The notes beneath the pieces are model-generated. The model was not told the DNA's origin and searched no databases. It saw only the letters and a program-made list of their open reading frames with translations. Position numbers and translations under genes: made by a program. A stretch of DNA of 64,000 nt from Anaerolineales bacterium (GTDB lineage Bacteria; Chloroflexota; Anaerolineae; Anaerolineales; Villigracilaceae): NCBI GenBank assembly GCA_025056175.1, contig JANWWK010000030.1:108791-172790 (forward strand), read 5' to 3'. Below, piece after piece: positions 1 through 10,006 of the stretch; the stretch's first letter is position 1; each line of letters opens with the position of its first letter.

Positions 1-1097
1 ATGCCGGCGTGGGCGTTGCGCATGGGGATACCATCACGCGCCGTTTTTTGCGGGTCAACCAGAAATACTGTGATATTCTGGGCTACAGCCGCGAAGAGCT
101 GGAAAACCTTGATTTTGCCAGCATTACTTACCCCGAAGACCTGCAAAAGAACCTGGATTTGCTGGAAAAGTTGAAGCGCGGCGAAATTTCGGAATTCACA
201 ATGGAGAAACGTTATATCCGCAAAGATGGCAGCCTGGTGTGGGTCTTGTTGACTGTTTCCCCGCTGTGGAATCCGGGCGAACCACCTTCCACGCACATTA
301 CCGTTGTCCACGATATTACCGAACAAAAACGCGCCGAATATGCTTTGCGCTATAGCGAAGCGCAGTTACGCCGCCTGAATGCGGATTTGGAACAGCGCGT
401 GGCAGAACGTACCGCGCAGTTGCAGCTGGCAAACAGCGAACTGGAGGCCTTTGCCTACTCGGTTTCACACGACTTGCGCGCTCCTTTACGGGCGATAGAT
501 GGTTTTTCCAGAATTTTATTGCAAGATTACGCCAGCGAATTCAGCCCGCCTGCGCGCGAGTTGCTGGAGCGGGTGCGCGCTGCCAACCACAACATGAGTC
601 AACTGGTAGATGCTCTGCTGGGTCTTTCACGCATGAGCCGTGCCGCCATGTACCGCGAACCGGTAGACCTGGCGGAATTGGCGCGCGCCGTGATGATAAC
701 GTTACAGGAATCTGCTCCCGACCGTCACGTTCAGTTTCAAAGCGTTGAGCATGCTGTTGTGCAGGGAGACCCGCGTCTGTTGCGGGTGGTGATGGAAAAT
801 TTGCTCAGCAACGCCTGGAAGTTCACCGCCCGTACCACGCAGGCGCACATCGAATTTGGCCTGAAGACCATTGGAAGCGAAACGGTTTACTTTGTGCGCG
901 ATAACGGTGCTGGCTTCAACCCCCGCTATGCCGATAAACTCTTCGGCCCCTTTCAGCGTCTACACCGTGCCGATGAATTTGAAGGAACCGGCATTGGTCT
1001 GGCAACCGTGCAGCGTATCATTCGGCGGCATGGCGGGCGCATTTGGGCCGAAGGCCAGCCTGGACAAGGTGCAACGTTTTATTTCACTTTGCCCTGA
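1..1097 (+). CDS. PAS-domain sensor histidine kinase (5' end outside the window)
   Basis: The ORF is open to the left edge (same frame as 9..1097). It has a PAS-like N-terminal part, a coiled-coil linker, the HisKA H-box SVSHDLRAPL, and HATPase_c boxes (NAWKF, DNGAGF, GTGIGL). Confidence 0.85.
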   Translation, partial: AGVGVAHGDTITRRFLRVNQKYCDILGYSREELENLDFASITYPEDLQKNLDLLEKLKRGEISEFTMEKRYIRKDGSLVWVLLTVSPLWNPGEPPSTHITVVHDITEQKRAEYALRYSEAQLRRLNADLEQRVAERTAQLQLANSELEAFAYSVSHDLRAPLRAIDGFSRILLQDYASEFSPPARELLERVRAANHNMSQLVDALLGLSRMSRAAMYREPVDLAELARAVMITLQESAPDRHVQFQSVEHAVVQGDPRLLRVVMENLLSNAWKFTARTTQAHIEFGLKTIGSETVYFVRDNGAGFNPRYADKLFGPFQRLHRADEFEGTGIGLATVQRIIRRHGGRIWAEGQPGQGATFYFTLP

Positions 1098-1115
1098 TGC
1101 GGTTGGCTGGCCGCT

Positions 1116-2204
1116 TCAGGGGTGTTTTTTTCCCTGTAGAATCATCAGTTCATACAATCCGGTGCCTCGCTCGGTCACGTGCCGTCCGCCCCAGTGCAGG
1201 GAAAGCACCAGTTCGGCCTGAAAGCGAAAGTAGTAGGGATTGGAAAACAGACGCAACAGAGTGCGTTTCCAGGGTGGAAAACTTGCCAGCAGGCTGAATG
1301 CCTCCAACAATTGGGGGCGGCGCAGGCTGAGATGGATGCTCTCGGCGCCGTTTTCCCAGTCAAAATCCACTTCGCGCGGCCAGGCGCGCCCGCCAGGGTG
1401 GGGGATGAAGTCGGCGGCCAGAAACCTCAGTCTGGAGCCATCGCCGGTCAGGATTTGTTGCCCATGAGCGAGCAAAAAGACCGGGATGCGTGCAAATCCA
1501 TAGGCTTGCGCGGTCACCTGTTGGACGTAAATGAGCGTGTAGTCACCAAGTCGCGCGCGTCCCCAATACCAGTAATCCATCACCTGATACAGATGGACGT
1601 TGCCCCAGTTGTGGTCATGATAGCCTGCACCGCTCACGGGGCGGCTTTCTCCATCACAGCAAATTGTCCCCTCCACGCTGCCATAAGGGATGGCTGCCAG
1701 CCAGCCAAAGAAGCGCGTATGATTTCCGAAATAGGCCTTGCCGGCGCCAGGCCGCCAGGGTGGCGTCTCGCTGCGAAAGGTCAAATCAAAGGTGATGCCG
1801 CTGGAGAAGGTATCTGCTTCCGCTGGCAGTTCCACGTGTACCCGGTACGTGTGCAAATCTCCTTCGATGTAGTTGCGGCCTATCCGCACGTGACAGTGTT
1901 CGCGTGTAGCGTGGAATTCACTGACGGGGGAGAAGGCCGAATGTGTGATTTTGCCCCGCTCTGCGCAGTTTAAGGTGACCAGGACGACCGGTCGCAGTGG
2001 GCCGTCGCGGTCGAGCAGGGGTTTGGTGGCAAACACGATGACAACGGTTGTACCGTTATCGAGATGGGCATCGAAGTACCACCACTCGAAGAACCCGCGG
2101 CCTGTTTCGACGCGCAGACCGTCTTCCCACGGCTGAACAGTTTCGGTGAGACCTTCGCGTGCCAGGTCTGCGGGAGTTGTGCTGAACAAAACAGGTTTTG
2201 TCAT
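1116..2204 (-). CDS. CrtC/AttH-like (hydroxyneurosporene-synthase family) lipocalin-fold protein
   Basis: 362-aa ORF. The N-terminal FEWWYFDAHL motif and overall beta-rich composition resemble the CrtC/AttH family as I recall it. No signal peptide. Confidence 0.5.
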   Translation of the reverse strand: MTKPVLFSTTPADLAREGLTETVQPWEDGLRVETGRGFFEWWYFDAHLDNGTTVVIVFATKPLLDRDGPLRPVVLVTLNCAERGKITHSAFSPVSEFHATREHCHVRIGRNYIEGDLHTYRVHVELPAEADTFSSGITFDLTFRSETPPWRPGAGKAYFGNHTRFFGWLAAIPYGSVEGTICCDGESRPVSGAGYHDHNWGNVHLYQVMDYWYWGRARLGDYTLIYVQQVTAQAYGFARIPVFLLAHGQQILTGDGSRLRFLAADFIPHPGGRAWPREVDFDWENGAESIHLSLRRPQLLEAFSLLASFPPWKRTLLRLFSNPYYFRFQAELVLSLHWGGRHVTERGTGLYELMILQGKKHP

Positions 2205-3353
2205 TCAGGCCTCCATCTCCCAAGGGGCGCTTCCCCTTACTGTTCCGGAAAGCGCATCACGTAATGGCCCGGTCAGTTCAGGGAGCAGGTCTGCGGCGGC
2301 AGCCAGCAGACCGATGTTGCCTGCCAGCATCATATCGCCAAACGGGACAGCAAAATAGGGCTGCAACCGCTCTGGCGTGCGGAACAGGGCGCGGCGTGGC
2401 CCGGTGATGGCCACGTCCCAGCCGTTCGTTCCCAGTTCGAGCGGCGTATGGTTATAAACGAGCGCGCCGTGTCCCATGTCGTCGAACACTTCTGCATGGG
2501 TGAGCGTGCCATCGGCCAGGCGCAGGAGCAGAGATTCCAGCTTTGGCAAATCTATCTCGCCGGTATGATGCTCGAAGACGCCTTCGATGCCATGTTCCCC
2601 CAGTCGGAAGGCCAGGCAGTGAAAATTGCCGATGTTCAAAACCAGTTTACGCCGCCGGGCAGCGACTTGCGGGTCGAACGAAGCCCCCAGGATGGCAGCA
2701 GGCGCGGTATCCATCACCAGCAGGGGGGCGTCTATCCCTTGCGCCGAATCGGCTACCGCTTGCAGGCGGGTCATAATCGGGGGAATGTCATCGGCCAGGT
2801 AAGCAAATGCGGTGAGCGAATTTTCCTCGCGGATGCGCTCATCCAGGTAGTCGAAACGGAATTGCCGGTCTGAAACGCCTGGCGGAGAATCGCCATGGTC
2901 GAAAACCGCCACACACACGGCAGCCAGGCGGTTCAGGGAAATTCCAAAGCGCGCAAACGTTTCAGCCAGCAGGGGAAAATCGAAATCTTTCAGTTCGAGA
3001 CGTTGGACGTCAGGCGGCAGATGGCGTGTTTCTTCTTCCGAAATGATGCGAACCCCTATCTTTTCAACTTTGTCGAGCTCGTCATCTATTGTTCGGGCTG
3101 CTTCGGGCGTGGCGTAAATGGGCAGGCCGGCTCTGGCGTGGTCACGGGCGGCCCAGGCCGAAGGCCCGCCCCCCATCATTTTGCCGGTGAGCAAAACTGC
3201 TTCTCCCCGCCGAGTCGCTTCCCGAATGCGGTTGTGAATCATCATGGTTGGGGAAGGGAGAACCAGTTTGAAGCCGTTCTCTATGTCCAGGCGGGAGTCG
3301 TACAGAAAGACGTCCTGCGTGCCGGTGCCGACATCTACAGTGAGAATGTTCAT
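2205..3353 (-). CDS. DUF1786 family protein (ASKHA/actin-like ATPase fold)
   Basis: The start is trimmed to MNILTVDVGTGTQDVF (ATG at 3353), which carries an ASKHA phosphate-1-like DxGxGT motif. The stop codon abuts the start of the downstream CrtC-like gene with a 0-nt gap. Confidence 0.6.
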   Translation of the reverse strand: MNILTVDVGTGTQDVFLYDSRLDIENGFKLVLPSPTMMIHNRIREATRRGEAVLLTGKMMGGGPSAWAARDHARAGLPIYATPEAARTIDDELDKVEKIGVRIISEEETRHLPPDVQRLELKDFDFPLLAETFARFGISLNRLAAVCVAVFDHGDSPPGVSDRQFRFDYLDERIREENSLTAFAYLADDIPPIMTRLQAVADSAQGIDAPLLVMDTAPAAILGASFDPQVAARRRKLVLNIGNFHCLAFRLGEHGIEGVFEHHTGEIDLPKLESLLLRLADGTLTHAEVFDDMGHGALVYNHTPLELGTNGWDVAITGPRRALFRTPERLQPYFAVPFGDMMLAGNIGLLAAAADLLPELTGPLRDALSGTVRGSAPWEMEA

Positions 3354-3561
3354 GAGGCCATTCCATGGAGGAAAATTTAAGATTATCTTACCAGATTGTT
3401 GTACGGCATTCCAGAAGTTTGCAGCACAAATTGCTGGATGATGCCGTCCACAACCACCGCATGCGCCCTGCAATCGCGCCGCGCGCGAATGGAACGAGAA
3501 GTGTGTTGACTGGCAGAAGCGCAGACCGACACCGCGCGACAGGTGAAAGGTCAGTTCTCTG

Positions 3562-3570
3562 TGCTACAAT
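3562..3570 (+). promoter_or_regulatory. Extended -10 element TGcTACAAT placed for a leaderless transcript
   Basis: TACAAT is at 3565..3570, preceded by TG at 3562..3563. Exactly 6 nt separate the hexamer from ATG 3577. There is no SD, and the -35 (GGTGAA) is weak. Confidence 0.4.
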
Positions 3571-3576
3571 GTTCTC

Positions 3577-4488
3577 ATGCGCCAAAAACGGTTTCTGCTC
3601 GCTGCCCTGCTGTTTGTAATCGGCGTGCTGCTCTGGCAGGGCAGCCGCTTCACGCCGTCCAGTGGCACGTTCGATGGCGAACGCGCGTATCAGCATGTGC
3701 TTCGGCAGGTGGCTTTTGGGCCGCGCATTCCGGGAACAGAAGCACACGCGCAGACGATAGCCTATCTACAGGCCGAACTCAAACGCGCTGGATGGCAAAG
3801 TGAAGTGTTGACGGACGAAATTCGTGGGCAAACCGTCCGAAACCTGCGCGCCTGGCGAACAGCAGCCGAACCGGTGGTGTTGCTGGGGGCGCATTACGAT
3901 ACGCGCATGTATGCCGATAATGACCCCAATCCCCAGAACCACAGCCTGCCTGTGCCAGGCGGCAACGATGGTGCTTCGGGGGTAGCCGTTTTGCTCGAAC
4001 TGGCGCGTGTCTTGCCGCGTGATTCGGTGACGGTCGAACTGGTCTTTTTTGATGCTGAAGACAACGGGCGCATTGCCGGGTGGGATTGGATTCTCGGCTC
4101 CAGCGCCTATGCCGAACGGATGACCGTCCGCCCCCAGGCGGTGGTGATTGTGGATATGGTGGGAGATGCCGACCTGAATCTCTACATGGAGCGCAACTCA
4201 GACCCGCAAATCACCCGTCAGATTTGGAATACTGCCAGACGATTGGGGTATGAACAGTTTTTCCTCCCGGAGTATCGCCATCGCGTGCTGGATGACCACA
4301 TTCCCTTCCTTGCCAAAGGGCTTCGGGCTGTTGACATCATCGATTTGGATTATCCTTACTGGCATACTGTTGCTGATACGCCCGATAAGGTCTCTCCGCA
4401 TAGTTTAGAAGTGGTCGGAAACACCCTGCTGGCCTGGCTGGCCGAATATGGTGAATGTCTTCGTCTTTCCAACTGCAACGAAGAGTAA
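3577..4488 (+). CDS. M28 family metallopeptidase / glutaminyl-cyclase-like protein, membrane-anchored or secreted
   Basis: N-terminal hydrophobic segment. Motifs GAHYDTR, GGNDGASGVAVLLELAR and FFDAEDNG are typical of M28 zinc ligand regions. Confidence 0.8.
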   Translation: MRQKRFLLAALLFVIGVLLWQGSRFTPSSGTFDGERAYQHVLRQVAFGPRIPGTEAHAQTIAYLQAELKRAGWQSEVLTDEIRGQTVRNLRAWRTAAEPVVLLGAHYDTRMYADNDPNPQNHSLPVPGGNDGASGVAVLLELARVLPRDSVTVELVFFDAEDNGRIAGWDWILGSSAYAERMTVRPQAVVIVDMVGDADLNLYMERNSDPQITRQIWNTARRLGYEQFFLPEYRHRVLDDHIPFLAKGLRAVDIIDLDYPYWHTVADTPDKVSPHSLEVVGNTLLAWLAEYGECLRLSNCNEE

Positions 4489-4518
4489 ATTGCTTAAACC
4501 TCATCCATGCGCTAAACT

Positions 4519-5790
4519 ATGGGCATGACTCCACGCGATAGTCTGGCCTCTCTCCGCTCCCGGCTCGAGGAACGCGCCGCATCGGTGCTGGCGCCGGCAG
4601 TGGGGGTGCGTGAGAACTTTCGGGAGCAGTTGCAGCAATTCTTTGACTTGTTTGAGGAAGCGCTTGAAACTGGTCAAACCGCACCACTGATGCCGCTTCT
4701 GCGTGCATGGTCTGCCGACCCCACCGAAACCGACTTGCAGCGCGATGAACGCGCACTCTCGACCCTGATTCGGCAGATTGCCCTGCTCACCCAGGAAACG
4801 GCGCGGGAGTTGCTGCCCTCAGAACAGGCGATGGAGCTGCTCTCGAACGTCTGGCCGATGTATCTCGACTGCCTGGAGCAGGCGGCAGTGTATGAAACCG
4901 AAAGCCGCACAGATTATCTGACGCAGGAACTGGCGCGCCTGAACCGCATTGTCGCGCGGGTAGATAAAAGCAAATCAGACTTCGTGGCGGTTGCTGCCCA
5001 CGAATTCAAAACTCCGCTGGCGCTCATCGAGGGCTATGCCTCCATGCTGGATGAACTTCTGCCGCCCGAAATGGAGCAGTTTCACGCCCTGCTGCTGGGC
5101 ATGCGGAACGGCCTCAAACGTCTGCATGACCTGGTGAACGATATGCTGGATGTCTCGTTGATTGACAACAACCTGCTGGTTCTCAACAAACAACCGGTCT
5201 GGCTGCACCGCATTTTTCGGCTGCTGCAGGCCGAACTCCAACCCGTGCTGGAACAGCGCCGCCAAACGCTGGAGATTCGTTCCTTCCCTGGTGCCGAAGA
5301 GTTGTTTTTTGCCGACCCGGCGCGGTTATATCAGGCTTTTCGGAATTTGCTCAACAACGCCATCAAGTTTACGCCCGATGGTGGCAAAATTACGGTAGAT
5401 GGCCGCCTGATGAGCGGCTTTATCGAGGTGACCATCACCGATACCGGCATCGGCATCCCGCCCGAACATCAGGAAACGATTTTTGAGAAGTTCAGCCAGC
5501 TGGTCGATGTCTCTCTGCATTCAACCGGCAAGACCAAGTTCAAGGGCGGCGGCGCCGGCATGGGCTTGCCCATTGCACGCGGCATTATCGAAGCGCACGA
5601 TGGCTCTTTGTGGGCCGAGTCGCCAGGTTATGACGAGACGACCTGTCCGGGTTCGACCTTTCACGTCTTGCTTCCGCTGCGCACTCAACCCGATGACCCC
5701 ACCCTGTCGAAACTGTTTGCCGGCCTGGCATCGCAAAATGATTCCACCATTTCTTCCGGCGAATCTTCCTCTTTCTCGAAAGAATCCTGA
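4519..5790 (+). CDS. Sensor histidine kinase (cytoplasmic, no TM segments seen)
   Basis: HisKA H-box VAAHEFKTPLALIEGY. HATPase_c N, G1 and G2 boxes (NNAIKFT, DTGIGI, GGGAGMGL). Confidence 0.85.
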   Translation: MGMTPRDSLASLRSRLEERAASVLAPAVGVRENFREQLQQFFDLFEEALETGQTAPLMPLLRAWSADPTETDLQRDERALSTLIRQIALLTQETARELLPSEQAMELLSNVWPMYLDCLEQAAVYETESRTDYLTQELARLNRIVARVDKSKSDFVAVAAHEFKTPLALIEGYASMLDELLPPEMEQFHALLLGMRNGLKRLHDLVNDMLDVSLIDNNLLVLNKQPVWLHRIFRLLQAELQPVLEQRRQTLEIRSFPGAEELFFADPARLYQAFRNLLNNAIKFTPDGGKITVDGRLMSGFIEVTITDTGIGIPPEHQETIFEKFSQLVDVSLHSTGKTKFKGGGAGMGLPIARGIIEAHDGSLWAESPGYDETTCPGSTFHVLLPLRTQPDDPTLSKLFAGLASQNDSTISSGESSSFSKES

Positions 5791-5963
5791 TACCCGAGCG
5801 ATTGAATCACGAGGTTTCGACGTTTCCAGACGACTTTGGATGAAACACACCGACATTGATTGGTGGGATAGCGCAAACAGATTTTCCCGGCGGCTCCTTA
5901 CCCCAGAATCGCTGTGGTATGATTGCAAAGTTGGACGCCCCGCCATCTTCTTGATAGATAATT

Positions 5964-7307
5964 ATGCCCAAACGAACCCCTGAACCAACAACTCCACCCC
6001 GTGAACGCGCTTTTCTGGTTGGCGTGGAAATTTACCAGGAAAAAAATCTGCTTTCGCTCGAAGACTCCCTCTCCGAACTGGCTTTGCTGGCCGATACCGC
6101 CGGCCTGGACGTGGTTGGCGAAATGACGCAGAAGTTAGAACGTCCTAACCCCGAAACGTACATTGGCTCTGGCAAAGTGGAAGAACTTAAAGCCCTGGCC
6201 GAAGAAACCCTTGCCCAGGTCATCCTCTTCGATAACGAACTCAGCCCACGCCATCAGCGCGAACTGGAGCGCATCTTGGGCGAAAAGGTGCGTGTTCTCG
6301 ACCGCACAGCGCTGATACTCGATATTTTTGCTCAGCACGCACATACCAGCGAAGGCATGTTACAGGTGGAACTGGCACAATACGAGTATTACCTGCCGCG
6401 TCTCACCCGTCAGTGGACTCACCTGGCCCGGCAGGCGGGCGGCGGCGGTGGACGCGCCGGTTCCGTAGGCGGGGTAGGCTTGCGCGGACCCGGCGAAACC
6501 CAGCTGGAAGTAGACCGCCGCGAAATTCGGCGGAAAATTGCGCATCTCAAACGCGAACTGGAAAAAGTGCGCGCCCACCGCGAGCGTTACCGCGCCCAGC
6601 GCAAGCGCAGCCGTATCCCCACTGTGGCGCTGGTTGGTTACACCAATGCCGGAAAATCCACCCTGCTCAACCGCATCGCCGGTGCCGATGTGTATGCCGC
6701 CGACCAGCTGTTTGCTACCCTGGACCCCACCACCCGCCGCGTGGAAATGCGTGGCGGGCATCTGGCGCTGTTTACCGATACGGTTGGTTTTATTCAAAAA
6801 CTGCCCACCACGTTGGTCGCCGCCTTTCGCGCCACGCTGGAAGAAATTGCCGAAGCCGATTTGCTCCTGCACGTGGTGGATATTTCCCATCCCAACGCCC
6901 TGGCACAATTCCAGGCGGTGGAGCAGACCCTGCGTGAAATCGGCGCCGGGCATATTCCGGTGCTGACAGCGCTGAATAAGGTAGACCGCCTGAAAGACCC
7001 GCACGCTGCGCAGGCCGTGCTGACGAACTATCCCCAGGCGGTTGCGATTTCGGCACTCAAAGACATTGGCATTCCCGAACTGATGTCCAAAATCGCACAG
7101 GAACTGTATGAAACCTATACCCCCATCCAACTCTGGCTGCCTTACCAGGAAGGACAGTTACTTTCGCTCTTCCACGAATCGGGGCAGGTGGAGCGCATTG
7201 AACACGGACGCGGCGGCGTGTGGATTGCCGGGCGCATTCCCGGACGATTGGTCGCGCAGTTCCGTGAATATCTGGCCGCGCATCCGCCCCAAATTCAGGA
7301 GGCTTGA
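5964..7307 (+). CDS. hflX: GTPase HflX
   Basis: HflX N-terminal domain followed by a G domain (GYTNAGKSTLLN, DTVGF, NKVD). The length of 447 aa is typical. Confidence 0.9.
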   Translation: MPKRTPEPTTPPRERAFLVGVEIYQEKNLLSLEDSLSELALLADTAGLDVVGEMTQKLERPNPETYIGSGKVEELKALAEETLAQVILFDNELSPRHQRELERILGEKVRVLDRTALILDIFAQHAHTSEGMLQVELAQYEYYLPRLTRQWTHLARQAGGGGGRAGSVGGVGLRGPGETQLEVDRREIRRKIAHLKRELEKVRAHRERYRAQRKRSRIPTVALVGYTNAGKSTLLNRIAGADVYAADQLFATLDPTTRRVEMRGGHLALFTDTVGFIQKLPTTLVAAFRATLEEIAEADLLLHVVDISHPNALAQFQAVEQTLREIGAGHIPVLTALNKVDRLKDPHAAQAVLTNYPQAVAISALKDIGIPELMSKIAQELYETYTPIQLWLPYQEGQLLSLFHESGQVERIEHGRGGVWIAGRIPGRLVAQFREYLAAHPPQIQEA

Positions 7308-7310
7308 AGC

Positions 7311-7556
7311 ATGGAATTCAAACGCCGCGAACCCCAAACCTTCATCGAACGCATTTCCAAACTGGTAGATAGGGCATCCGAATACTTTGCCCATCGTAAA
7401 GGCTTATTGCCTATGCTGGGCATGCTCTTGATTTTCCTGAACCTGCTATTGACGATATTCCTGCCTGCTGATATGTTTCTCGTCCGCACCAACCTGGCTT
7501 TGCACATCGGCCTGCTGGTTGCCATTTTTGGCATTTTGCTCGCCTGGGCGCTCTAA
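7311..7556 (+). CDS. Small hypothetical membrane protein (2 predicted TM)
   Basis: 81-aa ORF starting 3 nt after the hflX stop, with two hydrophobic stretches. No recognisable family. Confidence 0.45.
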   Translation: MEFKRREPQTFIERISKLVDRASEYFAHRKGLLPMLGMLLIFLNLLLTIFLPADMFLVRTNLALHIGLLVAIFGILLAWAL

Positions 7557-7582
7557 TTCACCGCATTCCTCAAGGAGACCCC

Positions 7583-9373
7583 ATGACCGCTATCCCCCGC
7601 TGGGACCTTTCTAACGTCTATCCTTCGCTTGAATCCTCTGCATTTCAGGCTGATGTAGCCCGTGTTGTGCATCAACTGGAAGAATTGGAACAGTTTTTGG
7701 CCGGGCGCTTTGGTCAGGCCGATACATCTACCCCACCTGCTGCGTTGGGCGCACTGTTGGGCGAAGCCGTAGAACGGTTTAACGCGCTTCAGGAGTTGGG
7801 CTACACCGTGTATGCCTACATCCAGTCGTTTGTTGCCACCGATTCGCGTAACACGCTGGCGATGAAGAAACTCTCTGAATTCCAGCAGGTGATGGTGCGT
7901 TTTCAGGTGCTTGCTACGCAATTTCAGGCGCGGTTGGGAAAACTTGCCCCCGTGTTGGATGCCGCCCTGCAGACCAATCCCGTTGCGCAGGCGCACGCCT
8001 TCAACCTGAAAGAGGCAGCCGAACAATCCAGGTATCTGATGAGCGAGGCCGAAGAAAGCCTGGCTGCCGAACTCAGCCTGAGCGGCGCCAGTGCCTGGGG
8101 CAAACTGCAAGGCACGGTCACTTCCCAGATGACGGTTGAGTTTGAACTGGATGGTCAAATGCAGAAATTGCCCATGCCGGCGCTCATCAATTTACGCTCG
8201 CATCCTGACCCCGATGTGCGCCGCCGCGCCTACGATGCCGAAAACAAAGCCTGGGACTCCGTCCGTGAGACGCTGGCCGCCTGCATGAACGGCGTCAAGG
8301 GAACGGTCATCACGCTCAACAAACGGCGCGGACGTGAAGATGCTCTGCACAGTGCCATCGAAGCCGCCCGCATTGACCGCGCCACGCTGGAGGCCATGCT
8401 CGGCGCAATGCGCGATTCCTTCCCGATGTTCCGCCGCTACTTTGCTGCCAAAGCCCGCCATTTGGGCAAAGAAAAACTGGCCTGGTGGGATTTGTTTGCC
8501 CCGCTTGGAAAGACCGACACGCGATACACGTGGGAACAGGCTCGCACCTTCATCCTGGAAAACTTTGCCAGATTCTCACCCGAACTGGCCGATTTTGCAC
8601 GCCACGCCTTCGATAATCGCTGGATAGATGCCGAACAACGCGAAGGCAAGCGCGGCGGCGCGTTTTGCATGGGCGTTCCGGCGGTCAAAGAGAGCCGCAT
8701 TCTCTCGAATTTCGATGGTTCGCTCGACCAGGTCAGTACCCTGGCTCATGAACTCGGCCACGCCTTTCACAACTATTGCGCTTACCAGGCCGGCAAGACC
8801 ATGATGCAGCAGGATACGCCGATGACCCTGGCCGAGACCGCCTCCATTCTGTGTGAAACGATTGTCATGCAGGCGGTTCTCCAGCAGGTGAGTGACCCGC
8901 AGGAGGAACTTGCTATTCTCGAAACTATGCTCAACGGCGATTCACAGGTGATTGTAGATATTTACTCCCGCTACCTGTTCGAGAAAGAAGTCTTTGAGCG
9001 GCGCGAAAAGAGCGAACTCAGCCCCGATGAACTGTGTGAAATCATGGAACGCGCGCAAAAAGAGACTTACGGTGACCTGGAAGCCTACCAGCCCTACATG
9101 TGGACGTGGAAACCACATTATTACTCTGCCGGTTTATCGTTCTACAACTTCCCATACGCCTTTGGTTTGCTGTTTGGCACCGGGTTATATGCCATCTACC
9201 AGCAGCGAGGTGAGGCCTTTGTGAACGACTATAAAAATTTGCTGGCTTCCACTGGCGAGGCCACCGCTGCCGACCTGGCCGCCCGCTTTGGCATCGAAAT
9301 CCGCTCGCGCAAATTCTGGGAAGATAGCTTGAAAGTCATCGAAAAGAAAATCGAACGCTACGAACAATTGTGA
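7583..9373 (+). CDS. M3 family oligoendopeptidase (PepF-like)
   Basis: 596 aa. HELGHAFH zinc motif. SD AAGGAG lies upstream of the ATG. Confidence 0.85.
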   Translation: MTAIPRWDLSNVYPSLESSAFQADVARVVHQLEELEQFLAGRFGQADTSTPPAALGALLGEAVERFNALQELGYTVYAYIQSFVATDSRNTLAMKKLSEFQQVMVRFQVLATQFQARLGKLAPVLDAALQTNPVAQAHAFNLKEAAEQSRYLMSEAEESLAAELSLSGASAWGKLQGTVTSQMTVEFELDGQMQKLPMPALINLRSHPDPDVRRRAYDAENKAWDSVRETLAACMNGVKGTVITLNKRRGREDALHSAIEAARIDRATLEAMLGAMRDSFPMFRRYFAAKARHLGKEKLAWWDLFAPLGKTDTRYTWEQARTFILENFARFSPELADFARHAFDNRWIDAEQREGKRGGAFCMGVPAVKESRILSNFDGSLDQVSTLAHELGHAFHNYCAYQAGKTMMQQDTPMTLAETASILCETIVMQAVLQQVSDPQEELAILETMLNGDSQVIVDIYSRYLFEKEVFERREKSELSPDELCEIMERAQKETYGDLEAYQPYMWTWKPHYYSAGLSFYNFPYAFGLLFGTGLYAIYQQRGEAFVNDYKNLLASTGEATAADLAARFGIEIRSRKFWEDSLKVIEKKIERYEQL

Positions 9374-9436
9374 CCGGCCTCAGCCGCCGGGCGGAGATGG
9401 AAAACACCGTTTGGCGGCTGGCTGTTAGCCTGGCGT

Positions 9437-10006
9437 ATGTCTTTCTACCGGCCCCACAGAATTCTTTTTCTGGCACTTTTGGCGTTTTGGGTGGTCTCCT
9501 GCCGTTTCATGCAGGTGATGGAATCGCTGCCACCGCTCGTGCCAACCGAGACGGCGACGCCCTCCCCGCCCACTGAAACACCTCTCCCCACCTTTACGCC
9601 GACCTTTCCTCCAACCGCCACGCTCGACCGTGGCGTTCAGAACCCCGCCACAGGCCACTGGTATTTGCTTGTGAATGAAAGACGCACGTTTCATGCTGCA
9701 CAGGAATACTGTCGTGGCATGGGCGCGCACCTGGTCACCATCGAAGACCAGGCTGAAAACCGCTTTGTTTACACGCTCTCTCCAGTCACCTGGTTGGGCG
9801 CCAGCGATGTGAATGCAGAGGGAGAATGGCTTTGGGTCACCGGTCAGCCGCTTACTTACGTCAACTGGGCTGAGGGCCAACCGAACAACTGCGGGATGCC
9901 TGATTGCCTCCCCGAACATTATCTCGCTTTTGATGAGACTATCCCCCTGCAATGGAACGATGTCGCTGCGCAAGAACGACCGTTCGTTTGCGAGTGGGAA
10001 GAATGA
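9437..10006 (+). CDS. C-type lectin domain (CTLD) lipoprotein/secreted protein
   Basis: Signal peptide with a lipobox-like VVSC, then a Pro/Thr linker. The CTLD signature follows: YCRGMGAHLVTIEDQAEN, WLGASD, EGEWLWVTG, YVNWAEGQPNN, WND and FVCEW at the C-terminus. Confidence 0.8.
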   Translation: MSFYRPHRILFLALLAFWVVSCRFMQVMESLPPLVPTETATPSPPTETPLPTFTPTFPPTATLDRGVQNPATGHWYLLVNERRTFHAAQEYCRGMGAHLVTIEDQAENRFVYTLSPVTWLGASDVNAEGEWLWVTGQPLTYVNWAEGQPNNCGMPDCLPEHYLAFDETIPLQWNDVAAQERPFVCEWEE

